From Bacteroidales bacterium (GTDB lineage: Bacteria > Bacteroidota > Bacteroidia > Bacteroidales > UBA1715): a stretch of DNA of 64,000 bases. A program made the position numbers and the translations under genes. A model generated the notes under the pieces. That model did no database searches. It worked only from the letters and a program-made list of their open reading frames with translations, and was not told the DNA's origin. Below are positions 11,110 to 20,605 of this stretch, piece after piece; position 1 is the first letter of the stretch; the number at the start of each line of letters is the position of its first letter. The stretch covers positions 43,919 through 107,918 of the forward strand of contig JAZRVS010000185.1 of NCBI GenBank assembly GCA_045599365.1, written 5' to 3'.

Positions 11110-12918
11110 ATGGACCGCAGACAATTCTTAAAAATATTTGGAGCAGGAACGGCTGTAACTGCTGCTACTTTAGCTGGATGTTCAAACAAAAAAGACCAAT
11201 CAACCGAAACGGCAATTTTAGGAGAAATTCCTACCGATAAAATGACGTATCGTCCTGATACACATGGCGATAAAGTTTCTATTTTGGGTTTTGGTTGTAT
11301 GCGTTTTCCAACAATTGAAGGGAAAAGTGGTCGCGAAGATTCCGAAAACGAAATCGACCAAGAGGAAATCAATCGAATGGTTGACTATGCAATAGAACAT
11401 GGTGTAAATCTTTTCGATACATCTCCAGCCTATTGTCAAGGGCGCTCCGAAAAAGCGTTGGGAATAGCGTTGAGCCGACATAAAAGAAGTGAATATCGTG
11501 TCTCTACAAAACTTTCTAATTTTGGTGTATTCACTCGCGAAGCTTCGTTGGAAATGTATCAAAATTCTTTCAAAGAATTGCAGGTAGATTATTTAGATTA
11601 CTATTTGTTGCATTCTGTTGGTGGTGGCGAAGACGCAATGGGCTATTTCCGAGCTCGCTACATAGACAATGGTTTGCTCGATTTTTTAATAGAGGAACGT
11701 AATGCTGGCAGAATCAAAAATCTTGGCTTTTCGTATCACGGCGATGTTCGGATTTTTGATTATCTATTGTCGCGACACGATGAGATTCATTGGGATTTTG
11801 TTCTCATCCAATTGAATTATGTTGATTGGAATCATGCAAAAGATTCAAACCCAAATAACACAAATTCAGACTATTTGTACAACGAATTGGACAAACGCGC
11901 TATACCGATTTTTGTAATGGAACCATTGTTGGGTGGACGTTTGGCTAATTTGAGCGACCATGCAGTTGAATTGCTGAAAGAGCAAAATCCGCAAGCAAGT
12001 ATTGCCTCATGGGCTTTCCGATTCGCAGGTTCAAAACCACGAATTTTGACGGTTTTGAGCGGAATGACGTATATGGAACATTTGCAGGACAATATTCGTA
12101 CGTATGCGCCTCTCAAGCCATTGGACGAAAGTGAATATCAGTTACTTGACGAGATTGCAAAAATCTATGTCAATTTTCCGATGATTCCTTGCAATAGTTG
12201 TCAATATTGTATGCCGTGTCCGTATGGCTTGGATATTCCAGGAATTTTCAATCACTACAACAAATGTTTGAACGAAGGAACTATACAGGAAAATAGACAG
12301 AGCAAAGATTATCAAAAAGCGCGAAAAGCTTTTTTGGTCGGCTACGATAGAAGTGTGCCAAAATTGCGACAAGCAAATCATTGCGTTGGATGTAACAAAT
12401 GTCTTTCTCCTTGCCCACAACGAATCAATATTCCTGCCGAAATGCGAAGAATTGACGCATACGTGGAAAATCTCAAACAAAATGGTGCTGACCTTGGTTC
12501 AGCAGCGGTTCTTGCTATGTTGATTCGTAAACTCGACGAAGGTAATTTTTCGTGTGTGATTCATAAAAATGGCGAAACACGAACATTTTCGCAGCGTGGC
12601 GTAAAAGATTTACACGAATTGAATAAAAACAACGATTCATTTTTGAAAGATTCTCGCATTGCCGACAAGGTTATTGGTAAAGGTGCTGCAGCATTGATTG
12701 TACTTGGTGGCGCAAAAGAAGTCCGTACGCACGTGATTTGTACATCGGCAAAAGAATTATTGCAACAAAATGGAATTCAAGTAGTTTTTGACGAGGAAGT
12801 TGATCATATAATCAATAATTCAAAAACCGACTGGTGTCCATTGGAAAAACTTGTAAAAGATTGCAAAACAGCCGACGAGTGTTGGCCGATTATAGAGAAG
12901 TTCGTAGAGAAGAATTAA
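11110..12918 (+). CDS. Tat-exported lipoprotein: aldo/keto reductase fused to a 4Fe-4S dicluster domain and a DUF1893-like C-terminus
   Basis: N-terminus MDRRQFLKIFGAGTAVTAATLAGC has a twin-arginine RRxFLK motif plus a lipobox Cys. AKR-like core (FDTSPAYCQGRSEKALG...). Ferredoxin motifs CNSCQYCMPCP and CVGCNKCLSPCP. C-terminal segment resembles DUF1893. Confidence 0.8.
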   Translation: MDRRQFLKIFGAGTAVTAATLAGCSNKKDQSTETAILGEIPTDKMTYRPDTHGDKVSILGFGCMRFPTIEGKSGREDSENEIDQEEINRMVDYAIEHGVNLFDTSPAYCQGRSEKALGIALSRHKRSEYRVSTKLSNFGVFTREASLEMYQNSFKELQVDYLDYYLLHSVGGGEDAMGYFRARYIDNGLLDFLIEERNAGRIKNLGFSYHGDVRIFDYLLSRHDEIHWDFVLIQLNYVDWNHAKDSNPNNTNSDYLYNELDKRAIPIFVMEPLLGGRLANLSDHAVELLKEQNPQASIASWAFRFAGSKPRILTVLSGMTYMEHLQDNIRTYAPLKPLDESEYQLLDEIAKIYVNFPMIPCNSCQYCMPCPYGLDIPGIFNHYNKCLNEGTIQENRQSKDYQKARKAFLVGYDRSVPKLRQANHCVGCNKCLSPCPQRINIPAEMRRIDAYVENLKQNGADLGSAAVLAMLIRKLDEGNFSCVIHKNGETRTFSQRGVKDLHELNKNNDSFLKDSRIADKVIGKGAAALIVLGGAKEVRTHVICTSAKELLQQNGIQVVFDEEVDHIINNSKTDWCPLEKLVKDCKTADECWPIIEKFVEKN

Positions 12919-13083
12919 GAGATAAGAAATAAGAGTTAAGAGAGAAGAATTAAGAGTTAAGAATTAGGAGTTAAGAATTAGGAGTTAAGAATTAAGAGTT
13001 AAGAATTAGGAGTTAAGAGATAAGAATTAAGAGAGAAGAATTATTAATTGATAACTTAAAACTGACAACTAAAAACTAAAATT
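12919..13083. repeat. Period-7/14 tandem array (GAGTTAAGAATTAR)n that runs into a (CTnAnAA)n heptamer array immediately before tatA
   Basis: Read directly: gagttaagaattaa/gagttaagaattag units repeat about 6 times, then ttgataa cttaaaa ctgacaa ctaaaaa ctaaaat. TAA/TAG stops occur in all three plus-strand frames. Confidence 0.85.
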
Positions 13084-13284
13084 ATGATACACACACTTTT
13101 AATGATTGGAATGCAAGAAATTATCGTAATTGCGATAATCGTATTGTTATTATTTGGAGGAAAGAAAATTCCCGAATTGATGAAAGGTCTTGGCAAAGGC
13201 GTTAAGAGTTTTAAAGATGGTATGAATGGTACCGACGAAAACGCAGCAAAACCAGACAACAAAAATGAACAACAAAACCAATAG
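13084..13284 (+). CDS. tatA: Twin-arginine translocase subunit TatA/E
   Basis: 66 aa. Single N-terminal TM helix followed by an amphipathic segment (...[28 protein letters not shown]), the canonical TatA signature. Confidence 0.85.
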   Translation: MIHTLLMIGMQEIIVIAIIVLLLFGGKKIPELMKGLGKGVKSFKDGMNGTDENAAKPDNKNEQQNQ

Positions 13285-14041
13285 CGGCGAGCTTACTTTT
13301 TGGGACCATTTAGACGAACTACGAACATGTCTCATTCGTATGATTGTGGCAGTATTTGTTTGTGGTATTGTTGCATTTTGTTTTAAAGATTTCCTTTTTA
13401 CAATTGTTTTTGCTCCGAAAAGTCCAGATTTTATAACCTATCGTTTTTTTTCTTTTTTGGGGACAAATATTGAATCGTTCAGCGTTCAACTTATCAACAC
13501 CGAGCTTGCGCAACAGTTCCTTATTCACTTAAAAATTGCAATGTATGCAGGTGCGTTATGTATTTCGCCATACATAATTTATTCATTGTTTCATTTTATA
13601 TCACCAGCATTATATTCACATGAGAAGAAAGCTTCAATAAAAGCAATTGGTGGTGGATATGTTATGTTTATGTTGGGCGTATTATTGACGTATTTTTTGA
13701 TTTTTCCACTCACATTTCGATTTTTTGGAACATATCAAGTAAGCGAAGAAGTTATAAATTATATCTCGCTTTCGTCGTACATTAGTACGCTATTGCTTCT
13801 CTGCTTGTTGATGGGAATTATGTTCGAAATACCCATAGTTTGTTGGCTACTTGCGCGTTTTGGCATTCTCAAAGCAGAATTTATGAAGCAATATCGTCGC
13901 CACGCAATTGTCGTTATTTGTATTATTGCAGCCATCATCACACCTACAGCCGATGCGTTCACATTGGGAATAGTTGCATTGCCGATTTATTTTTTGTATG
14001 AATTCAGCATTGGAATTGTGAAAAGGACAAATGTTGCATAA
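13265..14041 (+). CDS. tatC: Twin-arginine translocase subunit TatC
   Basis: [25 protein letters not shown]... (TatC-type FWDHLxELR start) and a multi-TM protein. The internal ATG at 13265 is preferred over the ORF-track start at 13226. Overlaps the tatA 3' end. Confidence 0.85.
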   Translation: MNNKTNSGELTFWDHLDELRTCLIRMIVAVFVCGIVAFCFKDFLFTIVFAPKSPDFITYRFFSFLGTNIESFSVQLINTELAQQFLIHLKIAMYAGALCISPYIIYSLFHFISPALYSHEKKASIKAIGGGYVMFMLGVLLTYFLIFPLTFRFFGTYQVSEEVINYISLSSYISTLLLLCLLMGIMFEIPIVCWLLARFGILKAEFMKQYRRHAIVVICIIAAIITPTADAFTLGIVALPIYFLYEFSIGIVKRTNVA

Positions 14042-14071
14042 CTGAAACATTTTTTTGCAGTAACAATCTTT

Positions 14072-14113
14072 CTACTGAAAACTTTTATCAAAATACGTAA
14101 AAGTTTTCAGTAG
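14072..14113. repeat. 42-bp palindromic hairpin, copy 1 (possible bidirectional terminator between tatC and the ATPase gene)
   Basis: ctactgaaaactttt-atcaaaatacgt-aaaagttttcagtag: a perfect 15-bp stem. Identical to 15342-15383. Confidence 0.8.
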
Positions 14114-14119
14114 AGAATT

Positions 14120-15298
14120 TTATAGTTCATCTATTTGTAAAAATTCCTTCAAAGTAGTATGACGTACCGCGCTTGTTGAATAATCAATATCATCATTGGT
14201 AATCAATATTTTTTGATTTCTATTGTCAATTTTGTCAAATGCTGAAAATTCACGAGAATAAGCCTTTTCATCAGCCACACTATATGCGACTTGTACGAAA
14301 TAGGTTTTATTATCCTTTTGAGCCATAAAATCTATTTCCTTTTCGCTGTTATATACTTGCAAAGTATAACCGCGATACAATAATTCGTTATACACGATAT
14401 TTTCTAAGTTGTGAGTTACATCATATCGATTAGAATTACAACGTAAACTATTGAACGCCACATCTGCATTGTATATCTTTTTGTAAAAGGCAAGTTCTTG
14501 TTTGGTTTTGGTAGAATATTGACCGATGCTTTCAATAATAAATGCTTCTTCCAAATACGACAGGTAGCTCATAATTGTATAAATTGAGCAATTTGAGTGG
14601 GCATTTTTTATATAATCATAGATTGATTTTGCCGAATAAATGCGTGAATTTGATAGCAATACAAAATTAACCAAGTGTCGAAACAAATCGCTTTTTCTAA
14701 TTTTATATCGATTTATTATATCATTAGAAACAATTGTGTTATCCAAATCGCTCAAATATTGAATTTGTGCGTCAAGAGTATCAAACTCGAAACGCTTCGG
14801 AAAACCGCCCCACACCAAATAATCGCTTATGCTTGGCGTTTTTCTCAGTTGCTGACAATATTCACAGATTTCCTTGTACACGAATGGACGTATTCGAATG
14901 GAGACATAACGTCCACTCAATTCCTTCACAAATTCGCCCGACAATAGTTTTGAATTTGAACCCGTAATAAATACAGAATTGTTGTGTAAACGTAAAGTTT
15001 TACAGGCATCTTGCCAACCTTGTAGTGTTTGTATTTCATCAAAAAACAAATAGCATTTGCCATTTGTTCTATGCGAGTCAACATAATGTAACAAATCGTT
15101 GGCATTTTGAATCATCATAGATGTGCGTACATCTTCAAAATTCAGATAAATCACGTTATCTGTCTTTTGCTTTATCTCGTCCATTATCTGACTAAATATC
15201 ACCGACTTACCACAACGTCGAATGCCAGTTATTACCTTAATCAAATCCGAGTCGTAAAATGGACGAACTTTCGCTACGTAATGCTCTCTTTGAATCAT
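14120..15298 (-). CDS. AAA+ ATPase of the AAA_14/DUF4143 family
   Basis: MIQREHYVAKVRPFYDSDLIKVITGIRRCGKSV... with Walker A GIRRCGKS. Length and layout are typical of DUF4143 ATPases. The start at 15298 is chosen because the upstream ORF-track extension runs into the hairpin repeat. Confidence 0.8.
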   Translation of the reverse strand: MIQREHYVAKVRPFYDSDLIKVITGIRRCGKSVIFSQIMDEIKQKTDNVIYLNFEDVRTSMMIQNANDLLHYVDSHRTNGKCYLFFDEIQTLQGWQDACKTLRLHNNSVFITGSNSKLLSGEFVKELSGRYVSIRIRPFVYKEICEYCQQLRKTPSISDYLVWGGFPKRFEFDTLDAQIQYLSDLDNTIVSNDIINRYKIRKSDLFRHLVNFVLLSNSRIYSAKSIYDYIKNAHSNCSIYTIMSYLSYLEEAFIIESIGQYSTKTKQELAFYKKIYNADVAFNSLRCNSNRYDVTHNLENIVYNELLYRGYTLQVYNSEKEIDFMAQKDNKTYFVQVAYSVADEKAYSREFSAFDKIDNRNQKILITNDDIDYSTSAVRHTTLKEFLQIDEL

Positions 15299-15341
15299 AT
15301 CTACTGAAAACTTTTTACAAAAATAACAAAAGGTTTCAATA

Positions 15342-15383
15342 CTACTGAAAACTTTTATCAAAATACGTAAAAGTTTTCAGTAG
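15342..15383. repeat. 42-bp palindromic hairpin, copy 2 (identical to 14072-14113)
   Basis: Exact 42/42 match read directly. A partial third copy (ctactgaaaactttttac) lies at 15301-15318. Confidence 0.8.
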
Positions 15384-15426
15384 AATTTGGAATAATAGAA
15401 AATTGACAGTCTCAATTTAACTTTAT

Positions 15427-16340
15427 TTACATCAGTACAAAATCACTCAAAGGACGAATGGTTGCCCGATATGTATTAAGACGTTGTTTGATATTAACAG
15501 ACTTGTCCTGCTCTACCGTTTTTGTGTTATCAAAATGAACAACAATATAGTGTGTGGCGTGTTCGGGAGAAAATCCAACTTTTTCCAATGCCTCACGCGT
15601 CCATATCTGGAATGTTCCTGCTTTTTTCAATTTAAAAATTTGACAATCGTTGCCTCCCGTATGTAACAAAACATACTTCATTCGTTCAAATCCTGCTGTT
15701 ATTTGCAACGAGCCTTTTGATTCGTTTGCACGCATATAGCAGATACCCTTTTCAATCATTAATTTACGTTTGTCGACAGACGAATGATTAACAAGCACCA
15801 TTGGTTCTGTTGACGAATCAGACATTTTTCGCAACATTTTCTCTGCTATTTCAGGATTTTCAATCTCCTGACGACGACGTTTTCCCAATTCCAAATATTC
15901 TTGTTCTTGGTCGATTCCGATAAAATTGCGTCCCAAAAGATTTGCCGCAATACCTGTCGTACAACTTCCTGCAAACGGATCAAGAATGGTATCACCCTTA
16001 TTTGTTGATGCTAAAATTATGCGATTCAAAAGTTTTAGAGGTTTTTGCGTTGGATGTTTACCGCAAGTTTTCTCCCACAAACCAACTGCCGACATTCGCC
16101 AAACATCAGTCATTTGCTTGTCACCATTGAGACGTTTCATTACATTGTAGTTGAATTTGTGTGGCTTCTTTTCCGATTTACGAGCCCAAATAATTAGTTC
16201 GGTAGAAAAAGTAAAATAACGGCAACTAATGTTTGGCGCAGGGTCGGATTTTTGCCACGTTATGTAGTTCAAAATCTTATACCCCAATTCCTTTAAGCAC
16301 CGTTGAACGACAAAAATATTGTGATACGTTCCCGTGTGGA
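15427..16340 (-). pseudogene. N-terminally truncated DNA methyltransferase (N4/N6 beta-class type) with a ~150-aa C-terminal extension
   Basis: Contains GTYHNIF..., HPTQKPLKLLNRII and DPFAGSCTTG (AdoMet motif I). The DPPY-type catalytic motif that precedes these in this class is missing. The apparent N-terminus (MVYERGRRRSLVH) is an out-of-frame reading of the neighbouring DUF1016 fragment. Confidence 0.7.
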
Positions 16341-16733
16341 CCAAACTTCGTCGGCGGCCTCGTTCATATACCAAAGCCGAATCTCTTCGTTATCAACACT
16401 AAGCAATCTTCTGTAATGACTCCAGCTCAATTCGTGACGCAGTGTGTCACAAATTGGAAACGCTTTGAAAAACAATCTCATATATCTTAAATTGCTTTCG
16501 TCAAATCCCTTTCCAAACTCGTTGGTAAGTCGTTCCGCTAAATTTTTCATTACCTGTTTCCCATATTCAGCACGTTCCCACTTTAGTTCATCCTCTGTTA
16601 TTAATCGACCAATCTCCCAATAGGCGGTTACCATTGTGAAATTTACAGCACGATAAGCTGTCTGTCTTGCCTTTTGCAAAACGGAGGAAATGGCTGTATA
16701 TAATGTATCATTACGTATTAATTTTTCTGGCAT
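16330..16733 (-). pseudogene. DUF1016 (YhcG-type PD-(D/E)xK nuclease family) N-terminal fragment, C-terminally truncated
   Basis: MPEKLIRNDTLYTAISSVLQKARQTAYRAVNFTMVTAYWEIGRLI...NEAADEVWSTRE matches the DUF1016 N-terminal domain. The reading breaks right after WSTRE, where the methyltransferase fragment begins (~16330-16340). Confidence 0.65.
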
Positions 16734-17079
16734 TGGTATGTCTTTAGAATTATAGCAAACGCTACGTTAAACTTTTGTGGTTACTTTTTTATTCTTTAGT
16801 TCAAAGATAGATCTTTTTTACACAAACATAATAAAAATGCTATTTTTTCACTTCTTATTTGAATATAATTTTTCCCCATCAACCAATCCACAGCCGAATA
16901 AGCATGAATTTGTTGAGTACCTATCGTTATCAAACGACTTTCGTCAAAACTTATCAATGTTAGATTGTTGCAATGAAGTGGAGCAAACGTGGATCATTTT
17001 TTGCAAAATAGCGTAATAGAAACGTCAAAATTTTACATTTTAGCGTAATAGAATTATAAAATCTTTTGCAAATTTTCTT

Positions 17080-17871
17080 TCATTCCTCCCATCCATCGTA
17101 ATTTGCAGTTTCGGGCATAAAATAATTTCCAATACGAAAATCAATGTCAGCCTTATGGGCTTGACTCAGTTGATGTTTTCGCGGAATACGATATATTTTT
17201 CCGTCTTTAATAAAATGTGCTCCTGTTTGATGAAATCGGAACGGAATATTTTTCTCAACGCACTGGCGACGCAAGTCGAGAATCCAATCGTAATTGCACG
17301 GACGGGCGTAAACTCCAGATTCCCCACCAACCGAAACTTCTTCTATTGTGTTGTCAAGATAGTGCGAAACATCAACGTGTTCAAGCAATGGCGCAATTGT
17401 TAGAGATTTATGTTTTATTGGCACCGATTTAAAAATTGGCAATCTGTAGTCTGCCATTGCCTGATTTTCAATGGTACAACCAACCATCACGTTGTCGTAG
17501 CCATCGCCCCAATCGTCGGGAATGCATTCCATAAAACGGTCTATTCGTTTTGTGAAAAAGTAGAAATACAAATCTTTTCTTTCACGAATCATTTCCCAGC
17601 ATTCTGGTCGCCATTCATCTGCATCTTTCAAAAGAAAATCGGAGGTAAAACAGGTAAAAACAACCTTTCCCGACGGAATTTTATAGGATTTGTCTCGTTT
17701 CCGTTTTATTGGCAAGTCAAAAGCTGCGGTTTTTCGGGCAATACTGCTACTGACCTCGCTTCCATACATTTCGTCTTGACGATATACATAACAATATTTG
17801 CAACCCGGACTGATTTTCGTACATCCGTGCCACGGATTCCAATCTGCATATATGCTCCACGCTTCTGACAC
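17080..17871 (-). CDS. DUF5131 / phage Gp37-Gp68 family protein
   Basis: N-terminus ...WNPWHGCTKISPGCKYCYVY is the hallmark Cys motif of this family. 263 aa. Confidence 0.8.
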   Translation of the reverse strand: MSEAWSIYADWNPWHGCTKISPGCKYCYVYRQDEMYGSEVSSSIARKTAAFDLPIKRKRDKSYKIPSGKVVFTCFTSDFLLKDADEWRPECWEMIRERKDLYFYFFTKRIDRFMECIPDDWGDGYDNVMVGCTIENQAMADYRLPIFKSVPIKHKSLTIAPLLEHVDVSHYLDNTIEEVSVGGESGVYARPCNYDWILDLRRQCVEKNIPFRFHQTGAHFIKDGKIYRIPRKHQLSQAHKADIDFRIGNYFMPETANYDGWEE

Positions 17872-17896
17872 AAAATTAGTGTTTTATGATTACTTC

Positions 17897-18856
17897 TTAA
17901 TTCTTAAATTCTATCATGTGTTTGTACACAATCAACGAAATTTGTGCGATAATCTCTTCTAAATCTTGATATTGCATAGATTTATTCTCACAAAACACAG
18001 CAATACCATACGTGATGTTTTTGTCAAGAAGAGTTACAAAACCAACATCATTAATACCTTCGCAAATGCCATTATTCATTGGCCCCGTCCCTGTTTTGTG
18101 AGCAATTCCAACTTGAGCATTGTTTACATATCGAGGCAACCGACTTTCGCCTGTTTTACAATTGATTAGCATTTCTGTAAGCCAATTGAGTAATGAATCG
18201 CAGTAGTCAGATTTGAAAGAAGGCGTTGTTGCAATGTCGTGTATAAACTTTGCCGCATCCGATGGCGTTGTGAAATTGTCATAGCAACGATTGGGAACTT
18301 CGTGCTGTTCTTGTTCTGTCCAACGTACATTCGTGTTTTGTAATTTTGAATCTCCAAGGGGAAATGTTTTAATAAATTGAGTCGTAACTTCGGGATTTGC
18401 AACATTATTGAAAAGGATATCGCAGGCGTTATTGTCACTGAGTTGCAGAGAATACTGCAAAAGTTCCTCTATGGTTAAATTAACATCTTGATTTGGAAAT
18501 CTCTGTGCAAGCGGACTATACGTATTTATGTGAAGTTCCTTTTGGAAAACATGAATGGAATCTTGTAGTGAAATATTTTTTTGACACAATACATCAAGAA
18601 CTGCTGTCGCTTGATACAATTTGCAAACGCTATACATAGGAAACTTTGTGTCTCCATTTATGTTACAAATTTCTTTGCCCTGACACCAAACAGAAACGCC
18701 AACAATAGCATCTTTAGCAGCAAGATATGATTCTATTTGTTTTTGCAGTTGTTGCGCATACGTGCTATTCATTAGAAGTAATGAAAGCAGTGTGTAAACT
18801 ATTCTTTTTATGAAAGGCATTGAATAAAATAAAAAACGAGAAATGAAATGTTTCAC
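17897..18856 (-). CDS. Class A beta-lactamase (Bacteroidales CfxA/CblA/CepA-like lineage)
   Basis: Signal-peptide-like N-terminus. SxxK motif as MYSVCK, SDN motif as LSDNNACD, KTG motif as HKTGTG. The true start may be the internal Met (MPFIKR...). Confidence 0.8.
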   Translation of the reverse strand: MKHFISRFLFYSMPFIKRIVYTLLSLLLMNSTYAQQLQKQIESYLAAKDAIVGVSVWCQGKEICNINGDTKFPMYSVCKLYQATAVLDVLCQKNISLQDSIHVFQKELHINTYSPLAQRFPNQDVNLTIEELLQYSLQLSDNNACDILFNNVANPEVTTQFIKTFPLGDSKLQNTNVRWTEQEQHEVPNRCYDNFTTPSDAAKFIHDIATTPSFKSDYCDSLLNWLTEMLINCKTGESRLPRYVNNAQVGIAHKTGTGPMNNGICEGINDVGFVTLLDKNITYGIAVFCENKSMQYQDLEEIIAQISLIVYKHMIEFKN

Positions 18857-18877
18857 TCCTCGTTTTAGACTTTTGTT

Positions 18878-20191
18878 TTAATTGAATAGATTTTCGTGAA
18901 CAGCAACCAATGCTTTATTCTTGTTTTCAGTATCAATAAGAACAGAAATATTGTGTTCACTACCTCCGTAACAAATCATTCGTACTGGAATGTCTTTCAA
19001 TGCTTTAAGAACTTCTGTCGCATGTCCTTGCTCTTCGGCAATCATATTCCCAACGATACAAATAATTGTTTGATCTTTATCAACTTCAACGGTTCCCAAT
19101 GTTTTCAATTCATCAACTATTTGTGCTAAATAGTCAATTTTGTCAATTGTCAATGAAACAGCAACTTCCGAAGTGGTGATGAGGTCAATAGGTGTTTTGT
19201 ATTTCTCAAAAATTTCAAATACACGACACAAGAAACCGTACGCGAGCAACATTCTACCCGATTTAATTTTTATCGCTGTTAATCCGTCTTTTGCAGCGAT
19301 GGCTTTTACGCCTGTCCCTGTTGTTTTGTTTGAAATTTTAGTTCCATGAGCTTCTGGTTGCATTGTGTTTTTTAAGAATACAGGAATATTTTTCACTTTT
19401 GCAGGAAGTACTGTTGAAGGATGAAGAATTTTAGCTCCAAAATATGCTAATTCTGCTGCTTCATCAAATGACATTTCTGCAATTGGATGAGTATTTTTTA
19501 CAATACGAGGATCGTTGTTGTGAATACCATCAATGTCAGTCCAAATTTCTACTGCATCAGCGTTGATTGCTGCACCAATAAGTGAAGCTGAGTAATCACT
19601 TCCGCCTCGTTTTAGGTTATCAACTTCGTTTTTGTCGTTCATACAAATAAACCCTTGAGCAATGAACAACATTGTGCTTGGATATTGATTTAATATATCT
19701 TGTAAGTGTTTTTCTATTTCAGCTTGAATAGGTTCTCCATCAGCATCAACAAACATGAAATCTAACGAATTCAATAGCACAGAAGGAATATTGTTTTCTT
19801 CGTGATATAACTGTACTAAATTCGTTGACATAATTTCGCCGCGAGCAAGAATCATTTTCTCGGCTTGAATGTTGAATGGTTTATTGGCAAATGAACGAAC
19901 AATATTGCATTCACGAGCAATTATTGCAGTTGCTTTATCGCGATATGTTTGAGATGTGAGTAAACCTTCTATTACACCCGCATATTTTTTCTCTAATGCA
20001 GATATTAAATTTGACGCACCATCTGCATTGCCTTTTTTGTAGTAATCAGAAATCTCTACAAGATTGTTTGTCGTTCCCGACATTGCCGAAAGCACTACTA
20101 TTTGTTGAGTTCCATCAGTAATAAGTTTGGAAACATTTTTCATTCTTTCTGGTGAACCAACCGAAGTGCCACCGAATTTCAATACCTTCAT
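18878..20191 (-). CDS. lysC: Aspartate kinase
   Basis: MKVLKFGGTSVGS... and the C-terminal ACT-like region fit aspartokinase. ATG at 20191 is preferred over the TTG at 20212. Confidence 0.9.
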   Translation of the reverse strand: MKVLKFGGTSVGSPERMKNVSKLITDGTQQIVVLSAMSGTTNNLVEISDYYKKGNADGASNLISALEKKYAGVIEGLLTSQTYRDKATAIIARECNIVRSFANKPFNIQAEKMILARGEIMSTNLVQLYHEENNIPSVLLNSLDFMFVDADGEPIQAEIEKHLQDILNQYPSTMLFIAQGFICMNDKNEVDNLKRGGSDYSASLIGAAINADAVEIWTDIDGIHNNDPRIVKNTHPIAEMSFDEAAELAYFGAKILHPSTVLPAKVKNIPVFLKNTMQPEAHGTKISNKTTGTGVKAIAAKDGLTAIKIKSGRMLLAYGFLCRVFEIFEKYKTPIDLITTSEVAVSLTIDKIDYLAQIVDELKTLGTVEVDKDQTIICIVGNMIAEEQGHATEVLKALKDIPVRMICYGGSEHNISVLIDTENKNKALVAVHENLFN

Positions 20192-20261
20192 CTTCTTAAA
20201 TTTTGTCGCCAAAAGTACGAAAAAGAATTTGAAAGTAGAATATGATTATCATGATAGATGA

Positions 20262-20388
20262 GTTTTTAGTTGTCTGGTATCTGATATTAGATGAATCACT
20301 AAGAGGAAACATTTTTACCCTATTGTGAAAAAATGATGGCTGAACCTGATATTAACAACTTAAACCTGAAGGATACTGAAAATTTATG
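20262..20388 (-). repeat. Dispersed structured intergenic element, diverged copy G (inverted, head-to-head with copy A)
   Basis: tagttgtctggtatctgatattagatgaatc...tttaccctattgtgaaaaaatga...ctgaacctgatat aligns by eye with the minus-orientation copy at 29354-29476. Confidence 0.45.
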
Positions 20389-20545
20389 GAAACAATGTAC
20401 AGGTTGTCAGCACAATTATTTGTAATTAGGTATCAGTAGTCAGTTCTCAGTATGATTTTCATAATGGTAAGATGATTACACAAAGGGGGCATCTGACAAC
20501 TGATAACTGGCAACCGACAACTAAATTGTTACCAAGATGTATATC
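20389..20545 (+). repeat. Dispersed structured intergenic element, copy A
   Basis: gaaacaatgtacaggttgtcagcacaattatttgtaattaggtatcagtagtcagttctcagtatgattttcataatggtaagatgattacacaaagggggcatctgacaactgataactggcaaccgacaactaaat...ccaagatgtat. Confidence 0.7.
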
Positions 20546-20605
20546 ATTACCAAACTTAATATGAAAACTTTCTTCAAAACAAATGTGGTGAATTTCTTTT
20601 TTTTG

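Noticed and set aside
17009-17053. 13-bp direct repeat tagcgtaatagaa (17009-21 and 17041-53) with flanking ttttgcaaa motifs, in the AT-rich gap between the DUF5131 gene and the DUF1016 fragment
   Set aside because: It is too short and isolated to interpret and lies upstream of a pseudogene. It could be a relic operator, but nothing supports a call.
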